From the NCBI GenBank assembly GCA_951813615.1, contig OX638377.1, forward strand, positions 3,434,599 through 3,498,598: 64,000 nt of DNA, written 5' to 3'. The notes below the pieces were generated by a model. The model was not told the origin of the DNA. It did no database searches and saw only the letters and a program-made list of their open reading frames with translations. A program made the translations under genes and the position numbers. This stretch comes from an uncultured Latescibacterota bacterium (lineage in GTDB: Bacteria > Latescibacterota > UBA2968 > UBA8231). Shown in pieces: positions 28,357-38,728 of the stretch (within the stretch, counting starts at the first letter, position 1; the number at the start of each line of letters is the position of its first letter).

Positions 28357-29586
28357 TCAACCCGCGCTGTGCGCGGCCCGCACCCGCTCAATTTCGGCGA
28401 GCCGCTCTTGCGCGGCGGAAAATTCGGGATGGAGCTTGAGGAGCTGTTCAAAGACCGCGGCGGCCTTGTTTACGTACCCGAACTCTAGGTGGAGCAGTCC
28501 CAAGTTGTAGCTGGCTTCCGGGGAGCGCGGCGACCGGCTCGCGGCCCGTTTGAGGCTGGCGAGCCGCCCCTCGTATTCCTTGAGCTTGGCAAAGACCTGC
28601 ATTAGCTCCTGGCCCTCGTCGCTGCGGCCCTGCTTGAGGTAGAGCTGGGCCAAGCTGTAGTGGGCACCCGCGTGGCCGGGGTCGCGCTTTATGGCCTCCA
28701 AGTAGTAAGTGGCCGCCTGTTGCTCCTGCCCTAACTTGGCCGTCACCGCGCCCAAGCGGTGATAGGAGTCGGCGTGAGCCGCATTTTTGAGCAGGGCTTG
28801 GTGAAAGTAACTCCGCGCCGCTTCGAGCTTGCCTTCCTGCTCGCTGATAACGCCGAGGTCGTAAAACGCGCCCGCGGTCTCGACGCCGAGTTCCACGGCT
28901 CGCCGATAGGCCGCCCTAGCTTCTGCGTATTGGCTCAAGGCCATGTAGCTTTCGCCCAAGTGCGCGTACACCCGCCCTTCGTCCGGGTGATCAGCAAGGG
29001 TGCGCTGGTACTCGGCAATGGCTTCGCCCGGGCGGTGCTGCAAGTGATAGACCCTGCCCAAATTGGCCCGGGCTTGCAGGAAGGTCGGCACCAAGCGCAC
29101 GGCTTCCTCGTACTGAGCGGCGGCCTCTGCGTAGAGGCCCTGTTGTTGGTAGAGATAGCCGAGGTTGTAGTACACCGCTCCAAAGTCGGGCCGCAGCGCG
29201 AGCGCTTTCTTATAGCTGTCCTCTGCTGCTAAAAAACGGTCCAACCCGTCGAGTGAAACGGCTAGGCCGATTTGCGCTTCAAAATGATCGGGAGCCAGCG
29301 CTAGCGCCTGTTCAAAGTGGGGAATCGCCTCATCAAAGCGCTCTAGTGCCGCGTGCGTCGCGCCCAGATTACTATGGGCCTGGGTCAGATCTGAATCCAA
29401 TTCGATGGCCTGCTGATAGTAGCGGGCCGCTTCGTCCATCTGGCCCTTGCCGAGCAAGCGGTCTCCTTGCTCGACGGCTTCTTGCGCGGCGTTGGCTCGG
29501 TACTGCAAATACCAGTACGAACCGCCCACGCCGAGGGCAATCGCCAGCGCGACTGCTCCTATAAAAAAGAAGCGACGGTGCGGCAC
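28357..29586 (-). CDS. Membrane-anchored TPR protein
   Basis: N-terminal TM followed by canonical TPRs (AHSNLG, YYNLG, YHRLG). Confidence 0.88.
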   Translation of the reverse strand: MPHRRFFFIGAVALAIALGVGGSYWYLQYRANAAQEAVEQGDRLLGKGQMDEAARYYQQAIELDSDLTQAHSNLGATHAALERFDEAIPHFEQALALAPDHFEAQIGLAVSLDGLDRFLAAEDSYKKALALRPDFGAVYYNLGYLYQQQGLYAEAAAQYEEAVRLVPTFLQARANLGRVYHLQHRPGEAIAEYQRTLADHPDEGRVYAHLGESYMALSQYAEARAAYRRAVELGVETAGAFYDLGVISEQEGKLEAARSYFHQALLKNAAHADSYHRLGAVTAKLGQEQQAATYYLEAIKRDPGHAGAHYSLAQLYLKQGRSDEGQELMQVFAKLKEYEGRLASLKRAASRSPRSPEASYNLGLLHLEFGYVNKAAAVFEQLLKLHPEFSAAQERLAEIERVRAAHSAG

Positions 29587-29638
29587 TAGCTCTCGGTGGG
29601 GGCTTTCACTGCCCTGTCAGCCATGGGATTCTTGTACA

Positions 29639-30091
29639 CTACTGCCGGACGACTTCTATCCCGGTCATGATCTGATCTTGGCCCCAAGTTCCTCCGAGCC
29701 GCAGCGAACTCGTCGCGATGGAGCCGGTGATCGTTTCTTCTTCTTGGGTGAAGGCATAAACCGTTTTAGCATTGAGGTAGCGCACCTCCAAGGTGATCTG
29801 GCCGGGATCGTCGGGCTGGAGAATGTCGATTTCCTGGAAGAAATCGTTGCGCCCCTCGCCATAAACCAACGTGGCAGACACGGTAACTTGCTTAGGGGTG
29901 ACCCGCACAATGCTTATTGTAACGGGGCGATCTTCCCCGCTGATGCCATTGGATAGAGCAAAATCCCCGGTGCCTTCGTATTCGCCAACCCAGGCATCGG
30001 CGTAATCGGGCGTCGGTTGAACGGTTTCCTCCGAACCGCAACTCAGGGTCGTCAAAAGGCCCGCTAGGGCCAACCATGTCCATTGCTTCAT
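29639..30091 (-). CDS. Hypothetical lipoprotein
   Basis: GGAGGT RBS before MKQWTW; lipobox TLSC. Confidence 0.72.
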   Translation of the reverse strand: MKQWTWLALAGLLTTLSCGSEETVQPTPDYADAWVGEYEGTGDFALSNGISGEDRPVTISIVRVTPKQVTVSATLVYGEGRNDFFQEIDILQPDDPGQITLEVRYLNAKTVYAFTQEEETITGSIATSSLRLGGTWGQDQIMTGIEVVRQ

Positions 30092-30203
30092 CGCGCGTAC
30101 CTCCGCAGAGTTTTCGTTCGGCAAAAGTATAGGGCACAACGCGGCGCGAATCAACCGCTTTGCGCCGTCGCCACTCGCCAATTCTCCCCTCAGTTCGTAC
30201 ACT

Positions 30204-32483
30204 ATGCGTTGCAAAATGTATCCACTACCAAAGACGCCAACACGCTTAGTTATCGCGCTCGCCGCCTTGTTGGGCTGCGCCTCCGAGCCGCCTCTTCCCG
30301 CACAGAGCGCGCAGCGCTACGAACAGGCCCGCCAACACCTAGCGGCCGGCCGCTTAGATTCCGCCGCCCACGTGCTCGAAGCACTCGTCCAGCGCGATAC
30401 CCTGCACTACGAGGCCGCGCTCGCGCTCGGGCAAATCTATTTGCGGCAAAGGCGCTACCAACAAGCCTTGTCTCCGCTCGCCCGCGCCCAGCGGCTCGCA
30501 CCCGAACGCATCGAGCCCCGGTTGCAGTTGGCCCAAACCCTGAATAAACTCGGGCGTCAAGCCGAGGCGCGTACCCTTTTCGACGCCCTCGTAACAGCCT
30601 TCCCCGGCAACGTAACCGCCTGCATGGCATACGCCGACCTGCTGATGACGCAAGACCAACCCGACGCCGCAGGTGCCCTCGCCCAGTACGAAGCCATCCT
30701 CGCCGTCGATCCCAAGCACTACCGAGCGAGATCGGGCAAGGCGGCCTCACTCTTGCGCTTGGGCGATTTTGCCGACGCAGCCGCTCGCCTCGACAGCTTG
30801 CTGGCCGAGCGGACGGACGACGTGTATCTATCCTTCCTGTTGGGCGCGGCCCACCACCACCTGCGCCAATATCCCAAGGCCGTCGCCGCGTACAAGCGCG
30901 CCATTGACGTCCTGCCCCCGGCGTCGCCGCAGCGCACCGTGCGCCAGTGGAACCTGCGGCTGGCCTATATCGAGGCGTACGGCACCTACCCAGGCGATCT
31001 CGAACCGGCCTATCAAATCGGCTTGGCACCGCTGGCCGAGGCATCGCCGGTGCGCTTTACCGATGTGGCCTCAACCACTGGCGTCGGCAAGCGCGATCGG
31101 GGGCGCGGCGTGGCGTGGCTCGACTACGACACCGATGGCGACCCGGACATCTTCGCCGCGGGCATCCAAGCCCCGCACGCGCTCTACCGCAACGACGGCA
31201 ACGACCGCTTCGCCGACGTATCGGCTGCAGCCGACCTCGCTGACCCGCGCGGTGGCTGGGCGGCCATTGCCGCGGACTACGATGGCGACGGACGCCCAGA
31301 CCTCTTTACCACCCGCGAGGCTTGGGAAGGTCTCGCGCCCAACTCGCTCTACCGCAATCAAGGGGATGGAACCTTCCGCGATGTCGCGCCCCAAGCCGGA
31401 GTCGCCGGCGCGGACGACAGCTTCATGGCCGTCTGGACCGACTACGACAACGACGGTCTGCCAGATTTGTACGTGGCCTCGGGCATCACCGGCAGCGGAC
31501 GACCCAACCGCCTGTACCACAACCAAGGGGACGGCACCTTTGTCGACCGCGGCGCACAGGTCGGCGTAGCCTATCGCGGCAAAACCCTCGGCGTGACCTG
31601 CGGCGACTACGACGGCGACGGAGACAGCGACCTCTACGCCATTGACGTGGCCGCCCCCAACCATCTCTACCGCAACGACGGGCAGACCTTCCGCGACGTC
31701 ACCGCCGAGGCTGGCGTGGCCAAACCGGGCGAGGGCAGCTACGTGGGATTTTTCATCGACAGCGATGGAGACGGAGACAGAGACCTTTTTATCTCGGCCA
31801 TGAACTTCTACGAAGACATCGTGCAGTCGCAGGTTACGGGGCTGGCCTTGCGCCCGACCCGCGCCTATCTGTACCGCAACGACGGGACGACCTTCCGCGA
31901 CATTGCCCCTCAGCAGGGATTGGCCCGTTCCTTTGGCTCGATGGGCGCGGGCTATGGCGACGTGGACTACGACGGTCTAATCGACATCTACCTGACCAAC
32001 GGCGGTCCCATAATGGCGCGCTTTGAACCCAATACGCTGTTCCACAATCGCGGCGACCGCTTCGCCGACATCACGGCCGCGGCCGGCGTCGGCAACCCGG
32101 GCAAGGGGCACGGCGTGGGTTTTGCCGACTACGATCTCGACGGTGATCTCGACCTCTATACCGCAGTCGGCGGCCACTACCCAGGCGACCTGTGGGCCAA
32201 CAGCCTGTACCGCAACGAAGGCCACCGCAACCACTTTCTCGGCGTGGATTTAGGGCCGCAAGCCATCGGCGCGCAGTTGCGCCTACGCGCCCAAGACCTG
32301 CTCGGGGTCGTGGAAATCAGCAGCGGTCCGGGATTCGGGTCGTCCAACAGCTTATCCCCGGCCATCGGTTTGGGCGCACGCACCCGCGTCGATACCCTCG
32401 AAATCCGCTGGCCCAACGGCACGCAGCAAGTGTACGCGGACCTGGAAATCGACCGCTTCCACCGCTTTGCCGAGCAGCCCTGA
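30204..32483 (+). CDS. TPR + FG-GAP/ASPIC-UnbV lipoprotein
   Basis: Lipobox LLGC; N-terminal TPRs; FG-GAP repeats; C-terminal IGLG...LEIRWPNG. Confidence 0.88.
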   Translation: MRCKMYPLPKTPTRLVIALAALLGCASEPPLPAQSAQRYEQARQHLAAGRLDSAAHVLEALVQRDTLHYEAALALGQIYLRQRRYQQALSPLARAQRLAPERIEPRLQLAQTLNKLGRQAEARTLFDALVTAFPGNVTACMAYADLLMTQDQPDAAGALAQYEAILAVDPKHYRARSGKAASLLRLGDFADAAARLDSLLAERTDDVYLSFLLGAAHHHLRQYPKAVAAYKRAIDVLPPASPQRTVRQWNLRLAYIEAYGTYPGDLEPAYQIGLAPLAEASPVRFTDVASTTGVGKRDRGRGVAWLDYDTDGDPDIFAAGIQAPHALYRNDGNDRFADVSAAADLADPRGGWAAIAADYDGDGRPDLFTTREAWEGLAPNSLYRNQGDGTFRDVAPQAGVAGADDSFMAVWTDYDNDGLPDLYVASGITGSGRPNRLYHNQGDGTFVDRGAQVGVAYRGKTLGVTCGDYDGDGDSDLYAIDVAAPNHLYRNDGQTFRDVTAEAGVAKPGEGSYVGFFIDSDGDGDRDLFISAMNFYEDIVQSQVTGLALRPTRAYLYRNDGTTFRDIAPQQGLARSFGSMGAGYGDVDYDGLIDIYLTNGGPIMARFEPNTLFHNRGDRFADITAAAGVGNPGKGHGVGFADYDLDGDLDLYTAVGGHYPGDLWANSLYRNEGHRNHFLGVDLGPQAIGAQLRLRAQDLLGVVEISSGPGFGSSNSLSPAIGLGARTRVDTLEIRWPNGTQQVYADLEIDRFHRFAEQP

Positions 32484-32484
32484 A

Positions 32485-33696
32485 ATGGCGTGGCAACTGC
32501 TCTGCGCGGTATTCGCGCTTGCCTCCTGCATCTCCGAGCCAGTGCCAGCACCGGATCCAGTCGATCACCTCGCCCGCGCTCGCGCTCACTTTGCGGCGAC
32601 CCGCTTTGAGGAAGCGGCCGCAGCCGCCCGCGCTGGGCTAGCCCTCGACTCGACGGACGCCGACCTCCACAATGTGCTGGCCTCGTCCCGCGCGGCTCAG
32701 GGCCGCTACGCACTGGCCATAGAATCCCTCGAAACAACCGTCCGCCTCCAGCCCGACTTCGCCATGGGCTTTGTGAACCTCGGCGGGATTTACACCAAGC
32801 TGGGCCAGTACGATCGCGCCAGCCCCTATCTCCAACGCGCCGTCCAGCTCAACCCCGACAACTCGCCGGTGCGCCGGCGCTTGGGCGAGCTGTACTTGGC
32901 CACGGGCCGCTACGCCGAAGCCACCCGCGAACTGCTCGAAGCCCTGCGCCTCTTTCCCAACGACGCCACGCTCTACTACTACCTCGGCCAAAGCCTAGCA
33001 GCCGAGGGCCGGCAGGACGATGCCTTGGAAGCCCTGCAGCGCGCCACCTTGCTCGACATCGGCTTCGCCGACGCCTTCTATCGCCTCGCCACTCTCGCCC
33101 GCAAGGTCGGCCGCGATAGCTTGGCTCAGCAGGCCCTAACGAGTTTTGCGCACCTACAAGCGCTCAGCGGCAAAGAGGTCAAGCGACTGCGCGCAGCCAT
33201 CCTCAACGCGCCCGAAGAAGCCGCCCATCACTACAACCTCGGCCTGTTCTTCGTCCGGCACGGGTACTTTGCCCAAGCCGAGAACAAATTCGACCGGGCC
33301 GTCGCCTTGCGACCCGGAGATCTCGATCTGCTCAATCGTCTCGCTGGCGACCTCCTGAAGCTGCAACAACCCGAAGCTGCGCTGCGCTACTTACAGGTCG
33401 CCCTCGACCAAGACCCAGCGTACTTTCCCACCTTGCTCAACGCCGGCCACATCGCCGGCCAACTCAGACGCTATGACGAGGCCGTCGCCTACTGCCGCCG
33501 GGCGGTTGCAGTGCGTCCAGACAACGCCGAGGGCTGGTACCTTCTCGGCTTGGGCCTGTTCAGCAAGGGGGAACGCGCCGCTGCCGAACAGGCGTTGCGC
33601 CGCAGTCTAGCGCTAAGTGCGGACGCTGAGGCGCTGCGCACTAAGACCCAGAAACTCCTCAACACCCTACAACAACAACCCACAGGAACGCCGTGA
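32485..33696 (+). CDS. TPR lipoprotein
   Basis: Lipobox LASC; canonical TPR repeats. Confidence 0.85.
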   Translation: MAWQLLCAVFALASCISEPVPAPDPVDHLARARAHFAATRFEEAAAAARAGLALDSTDADLHNVLASSRAAQGRYALAIESLETTVRLQPDFAMGFVNLGGIYTKLGQYDRASPYLQRAVQLNPDNSPVRRRLGELYLATGRYAEATRELLEALRLFPNDATLYYYLGQSLAAEGRQDDALEALQRATLLDIGFADAFYRLATLARKVGRDSLAQQALTSFAHLQALSGKEVKRLRAAILNAPEEAAHHYNLGLFFVRHGYFAQAENKFDRAVALRPGDLDLLNRLAGDLLKLQQPEAALRYLQVALDQDPAYFPTLLNAGHIAGQLRRYDEAVAYCRRAVAVRPDNAEGWYLLGLGLFSKGERAAAEQALRRSLALSADAEALRTKTQKLLNTLQQQPTGTP

Positions 33697-34505
33697 TTGC
33701 ACTAGCTCCGCTCCTTTTGCCCCTCGCCCTCTCTCTCGCTTGTAGCGAGCCAGACCCCCACACCGAAGATTGGTCCCAACACTATCAAGCCGGACGCGCA
33801 GCCCTCAGCCAGAGCCGCTTCGCCGAGGCCGAACAAGCCCTATCTCACGCCCTAACCCTAGCCGAGACCTTCGCCCCCGACGACCCGCGCTACGGCCGCA
33901 CCGTCCACCAACTCGCCCAACTCCACGTCGTGCGCGGCGAACTCACGCGAGCCGAAAGCCTCTACCAACACTTGCGCGAACGGCAAACAGCCCTCCCGGA
34001 CGACCATCCCGACAAAGTGTTGACGCTCGACAAGTTAGGCGACACCTATCGGCTCCAGCAGCGACCAGCCGAGGCCGCCGCGCTCTACGACCGCGTCCTC
34101 GCCTTCCAACAGATGCACCGAGGCGATGAGGAAGTCGCGGCGACCATGCAGAAATTAGCCGACCTCTACCGCGCACAGGGCGACCGCGCCGCAGCCGATT
34201 CCCTCGCGCAGCGCGCCCATGCCCTAAATCTCCGCGCCCGTGCCCATGCCCTGTTCCTCCAAGGCCATTACCAACGGGCCGCACCCCTGTACCACAACGC
34301 GCTGGCCCTGCAAACGGGCGAGCATCCCGACTTGGCCCGCACTTGTTACTACCTAGGCCGCCTGTACGACGCACAAGATCGCTATCGACAGGCCGAGCAC
34401 TTCTACCGGCGCGCCCTAGCCGCGTCCCCCGCCAGCGATCCCGACCAAGTCGGCGCAGCACTCACCGACCTACTTGCCCGCAAGGCTGCATCCGCCCCTC
34501 CCTAA
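33693..34505 (+). CDS. TPR lipoprotein (kinesin-light-chain-like repeats)
   Basis: Lipobox SLAC; HPDxxxTLxxLxxLYxxQ repeats. Confidence 0.82.
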   Translation: MIALAPLLLPLALSLACSEPDPHTEDWSQHYQAGRAALSQSRFAEAEQALSHALTLAETFAPDDPRYGRTVHQLAQLHVVRGELTRAESLYQHLRERQTALPDDHPDKVLTLDKLGDTYRLQQRPAEAAALYDRVLAFQQMHRGDEEVAATMQKLADLYRAQGDRAAADSLAQRAHALNLRARAHALFLQGHYQRAAPLYHNALALQTGEHPDLARTCYYLGRLYDAQDRYRQAEHFYRRALAASPASDPDQVGAALTDLLARKAASAPP

Positions 34506-34524
34506 CGCCCACAGGAGTCCCTTT

Positions 34525-35526
34525 ATGAACCGTCCCCCCACAGAGTTCAAACGCATTGCCGCCGCCGATCTCAGAGCTTTTGGCACGACCTGCCTTCGCG
34601 CCGCGGGCATGTCCGCTGCACACGCCACGCAGCTGGCCGACCTGCTGACCAATTCGGATTTGCGCGGCGTGCGCTCGCACGGCACTCGCGCTCTGTACGG
34701 GTATTGCTGCACGATTCGCGACAAAAAGGCCAACCCAGACCCAAACATCCGCATCCTGCGCGAAAGCGACACCCACGTCTTTGTCGATGGCGATGGCAGC
34801 CTCGGGTACGCGCCGACCATGCTGGCTACGGAACGCGCCATGGCCAAGGCCAAGGAAAAGGGGCTCGCCGTCGGCGCGGCTTGCCACATTGGGCACTACG
34901 GCTCGGCGGGCCACTACGTGCGCCGCGCCATGGCGGAAAACTGCGTGGGCTTCTCAGTCCAAGCGGCCTATCCCCAGTACTACCCCAGCAACGACGGCAA
35001 GCGCGCCGCTCACTACGGCAACCCGCCCTTGTGCTTCGGCCTGCCCGGACAAGAAGGGCCACCAGTGGTACTCGACGTAGCCACCTGCATCCTCGCCGAC
35101 TACCAGCGCGGCGAACAAATCGAAGCTATTGAAGAGCTGATCCCCGCGGCCTTCTTCAAGTCCATGGGTTACACCGCAATCGCAACTCTACTCGGAGGGG
35201 CTTTTGTCGGCCAAGGCGGCGACCGCGCCCGCGAGATCGCCGCGCAATGGCCTGCAGCGCGCATGGGCAGCTTAATCCTCGTTCTCGACTTGGATCTCTT
35301 CGCGCCCGCGTCGCAAGTGCGCCACGGCGTCGATGAGCTGGTGCACCTAGCGGGCGAACAGATGATCCCACTGCGCGGATACGACGAAGTTACCCTGCCC
35401 GGCACGCCCGAACACCGCAACGAGGAAGCGTACGCACGCGACGGCGTACCCATCGGCGCAGAGGACGTCGAGCGCCTAGCCGAATGTGGCCGAGACTTTG
35501 GCGTCGCGCCCCCGTGGCTGGACTAA
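34525..35526 (+). CDS. Ldh_2 (malate/L-lactate/sulfolactate dehydrogenase-like) family oxidoreductase
   Basis: DLRGVRSHG, VDGDGSLG, HYGSAGHY and GNPPLCFG motifs; AGGAG RBS. Confidence 0.88.
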   Translation: MNRPPTEFKRIAAADLRAFGTTCLRAAGMSAAHATQLADLLTNSDLRGVRSHGTRALYGYCCTIRDKKANPDPNIRILRESDTHVFVDGDGSLGYAPTMLATERAMAKAKEKGLAVGAACHIGHYGSAGHYVRRAMAENCVGFSVQAAYPQYYPSNDGKRAAHYGNPPLCFGLPGQEGPPVVLDVATCILADYQRGEQIEAIEELIPAAFFKSMGYTAIATLLGGAFVGQGGDRAREIAAQWPAARMGSLILVLDLDLFAPASQVRHGVDELVHLAGEQMIPLRGYDEVTLPGTPEHRNEEAYARDGVPIGAEDVERLAECGRDFGVAPPWLD

Positions 35527-35573
35527 CGCCGCGCCGGTTTCTACCTTAACGGACTGCAAAAAGGAGAACTTCT

Positions 35574-36440
35574 ATGAGCCTGACGCGCGAGCGCCACGCC
35601 GAGCTTAAGCGCTATGCCATCCAATTGCGCCGCCTAGTCGTCGAGTCGGTACACCACGCTGGAGCCGGCCACCTAGGCGGTCCGATGTCCGCGGCCGAGT
35701 TACTCATCGCCCTGTACTTCGCCGAGCTAAACATCGACCCGGCCCGACCCCGCGATGAAGACCGCGACCGCTTCATCCTGTCCAAAGGGCATTCCTCGAT
35801 CGGCCTCTACGCGGCTTTAGCCCTGCGCAGTTACCTACCCATCGAGGAACTTGCCACCTTTGACGCCATTGACTCCCGCCTCCAAGGCCACCCGGACATG
35901 AGCGTTCTCCCCGGTCTCGACATGTCCACCGGCTCGCTGGGCCAAGGCTTGTCGCCCGGCCTCGGCATGGCCCTCGCCGCCCGGCTGAAGGACCAAGACT
36001 TTCGCACTTGGGTGATGATCGGCGATGGCGACTCGCAGGAGGGGCAAATATGGGAAGCGGCCTTTGTCGCGGCGCGCTATGGCCTCGACAATCTCACCGC
36101 CATCCTCGACTGGAACGGCCTCCAGCAATACGGCTGGGCCACCGAAAAGGGCTACGGCGAACTCGACCGCTTGGCCGCGCAGGAAAGTCCACTCAGCCGC
36201 TGGCGGGCCTTTGGCTGGAACGCCATCGAGACCAACGGCCACGACTTTCCCGCCATCCTCTCGGCCTTTGCCGAGGCCAAATCACATCGCGGCCAACCCA
36301 CCATCATCGTCGCCCGCACGGTCAAGGGCAAAGGGATATCCTACATGGAAAACGACTTCAACTGGCATTCCAAGCCGGTGACCGACCAAGATCTCAAACA
36401 AGCGCAGGACGAACTCGCCGCGCAGGAGGCCGCGCTGTGA
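35574..36440 (+). CDS. Transketolase, N-terminal subunit
   Basis: GHLGG, DRFILSKGH, LQGHP, TGSLGQG and GDG..QEG..WEA (ThDP-binding) motifs. Confidence 0.93.
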   Translation: MSLTRERHAELKRYAIQLRRLVVESVHHAGAGHLGGPMSAAELLIALYFAELNIDPARPRDEDRDRFILSKGHSSIGLYAALALRSYLPIEELATFDAIDSRLQGHPDMSVLPGLDMSTGSLGQGLSPGLGMALAARLKDQDFRTWVMIGDGDSQEGQIWEAAFVAARYGLDNLTAILDWNGLQQYGWATEKGYGELDRLAAQESPLSRWRAFGWNAIETNGHDFPAILSAFAEAKSHRGQPTIIVARTVKGKGISYMENDFNWHSKPVTDQDLKQAQDELAAQEAAL

Positions 36441-37384
36441 ACCTCTCCACCACCGGCGAGCTGCTGGCCCAGCGCGACGCTTTTGGTGACACACTCATCG
36501 AACTCATGGACCGCGACCCGCGCGTGTACGTGCTCGACGGCGACTTGGCCAATTCGACCAAGGCCGACATAGTCTCCCGCGAGCGGCCCGACCGCTTCCT
36601 CGAAATGGGCATTGCCGAGCAAAACATGATGGGCGTTGCCGCTGGCATGGCCACCTGCGGCCTCGTGCCGTGGCTGAGCAGCTTTGCCTGCTTCATCGTC
36701 AACCGCGACCTCGACCAACTCCGCGTCGTCGTCGCCCAGCCCAACCTGCCGGTCAAGCTCTGCGGTGCCTATTCGGGCCTGTTGACCGGCAAAACCGGCA
36801 AAACCCATCAAGAAGTCGCCGACATCTCCGTCATGCGAGCCATGCCGAATATGACGGTCTTGGCCCCGGCCGACGCCGTAGAGGTCCGCGCCTGTATGCT
36901 GGTAGCCAACGACCTGCCCGGCCCCGTGTACATACGCATGACGCGCGACCCAGAGCCAGTCATCTTTCCAACCGACTACGAATTTGAGCTAGGCCGCGCC
37001 CTTACCGTACGCGAGGGGACAGACGTCACCCTCATATCCACCGGAGCCCAAACCCCGCGCTGCCTCGCCGCAGCCGACGAATTGGCACGCGAGGGGGTCT
37101 CAGCGCTCGTCCTGCACGTACCGACCCTCAAGCCCCTCGACGCAGACGCCATTGTCGCCGCGGCCGCGCAGACGGGCCGCGTCGTAACCGCCGAAGACCA
37201 CACGATCATCGGCGGCTTGGGCGGCGCAGTCGCCGAAGTGCTAGGCGAGCGGCAGCCCACCCCCATGCGGCGCGTCGGCATCCGCGATGTATTCGGTGAA
37301 TCCGCACCCAACGAGGACCTGCTGCAAAAATACGGCCTGACCTCCGAGCACGTGGCGCAAGCGGCGCGGGAGTTGCTCTCTTGA
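36437..37384 (+). CDS. Transketolase, C-terminal subunit
   Basis: GTG start overlapping the upstream stop; MGIAEQNM, GKTHQ, GPVYIR and TAEDH..IGGLG motifs. Confidence 0.92.
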   Translation: MNLSTTGELLAQRDAFGDTLIELMDRDPRVYVLDGDLANSTKADIVSRERPDRFLEMGIAEQNMMGVAAGMATCGLVPWLSSFACFIVNRDLDQLRVVVAQPNLPVKLCGAYSGLLTGKTGKTHQEVADISVMRAMPNMTVLAPADAVEVRACMLVANDLPGPVYIRMTRDPEPVIFPTDYEFELGRALTVREGTDVTLISTGAQTPRCLAAADELAREGVSALVLHVPTLKPLDADAIVAAAAQTGRVVTAEDHTIIGGLGGAVAEVLGERQPTPMRRVGIRDVFGESAPNEDLLQKYGLTSEHVAQAARELLS

Positions 37385-37575
37385 CCGCCTTATCCAAATG
37401 CCCGTAATTAAATAAGAGCATTTATCGCAACTGATAACCACAAACTGCTGATGACGCGACATACTTTTACTTCAGAGTGTTTGTTCACCAGCAGAACCTC
37501 ATACGATCCATTAGAGTGCATCATCTCAGATGCACTCTTTTTCTTTGGTCGGAGCCACACGAAACGAGAGGTCGC

Positions 37576-38295
37576 ATGAAAGAGGGTTTGCAGCAACTGT
37601 TAAAGCTCCAAGAAGTCGATAAAAAGCTTTTCGAACTAGAAGAGGCCAAAGAAAAATATCCCGCTGAAATCGACCTGCGTCGCAGCATAATAGCAAAAGC
37701 GCGATCCGGCCTGGCCGATCTAGAAGCCCAGAGCGCAGAATTCGAAAAGCAACAGCGGCACTGCGAGCGCGAGATCGAAAGTGGCAAGGCCACCCTGCGC
37801 GAGCGCGAGGAACGCTTTTCCGTAGTGACCACCAACAAGGAATACGATTCCCTCCAGCTCGAGATCGAGATTTGCAAAAAGACCCTTGCCGAGCACGAGA
37901 CGCAGTTGCTCAAAGCCATTGAGGGTCTAGAGAAAATTCAGGAGCAAATCGCCAAGGAACAAGGTGATTTTGAGGAGGTCCGCGGGGCCGAACAAGAGCG
38001 CATCGACGAGCTCGAAGGTCAACTCGGCACCATGCAGGAGCAAATCGACGAAGTCGCAACGAGTCGGGCGGTGGTCGCCAAGAACATCGCGGACCTCGAC
38101 GCCCAATTGCTGCGAACGTACGACCGCAGGAGGGGGCGGCGCGGGATTCGCGTCGCCGCCGTGCACAAGGAGGCTTGCGGTGCTTGTTTCCACCGGATGC
38201 CCGCCCAAACCCTCAACGAGGTCCGCGTCGGTGGGCGCGTCATCTCCTGCGAGAGTTGCGGCACCATCATGGTCTGGAACGAGCAGGCGGTTTAA
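37576..38295 (+). CDS. Coiled-coil protein with C4 zinc ribbon (CT398/HP0958-like)
   Basis: LLKLQEVD start, long coiled coil, CGAC...CESCG. Confidence 0.88.
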   Translation: MKEGLQQLLKLQEVDKKLFELEEAKEKYPAEIDLRRSIIAKARSGLADLEAQSAEFEKQQRHCEREIESGKATLREREERFSVVTTNKEYDSLQLEIEICKKTLAEHETQLLKAIEGLEKIQEQIAKEQGDFEEVRGAEQERIDELEGQLGTMQEQIDEVATSRAVVAKNIADLDAQLLRTYDRRRGRRGIRVAAVHKEACGACFHRMPAQTLNEVRVGGRVISCESCGTIMVWNEQAV

Positions 38296-38306
38296 TTTTT
38301 GGTGAG

Positions 38307-38672
38307 GTGTAAGTCGGGTGGGCGCGCTAGCGGCCCTTAGCGGTCGCTGGTGAGGAAAGTCCGAGCTCCACAGGACAGGATGCTGGGTAACACCCAGGGG
38401 GGGTGACCCCACAGACAGTGCCACAGAAAACACACCGCCCAGCTTGCTGGGTAAGGTTGAAAAGGCGAGGTAAGAGCTCACCGCACCTGCGGCGACGCAG
38501 GTGGCAGGGTAAACCTCATCCGGAGCAAGGCTAAATAGGGGAAAAGAGGTGGTCCGCCTCGCTAAATTCCCGGGTAGGCCGCACCGAGGCGGTCGGGCAA
38601 CCGCCGCCCCAGATGAATGCCCACACAGCGCACTTCAGGTGCGTGGACAGAACTCGGCTTATAGACTTACTC
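38307..38672 (+). ncRNA. rnpB: RNase P RNA (bacterial type A)
   Basis: GAGGAAAGTCCGAGCTCC, AGTGCCACAGAAAA, GGTAAACC..GAGCAAG and ACAGAACTCGGCTTA conserved blocks; terminal P1 pairing gtaagtc/gacttac. Confidence 0.95.
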
Positions 38673-38728
38673 CTCCCACACCCGGGGCCCGGCGGCTCCG
38701 GGTGATTTTTCTTTCTTTGGAGAGGTAT

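Noticed and set aside
36008..36436. 5' extension of the transketolase C-subunit ORF
   Set aside because: It overlaps the N-subunit gene in another frame; GTG at 36437 gives the normal domain start.
38549..38728. N-terminal extension of ORF 38549-39940
   Set aside because: It overlaps RNase P RNA; ATG 38729 has an RBS and begins a signal peptide.
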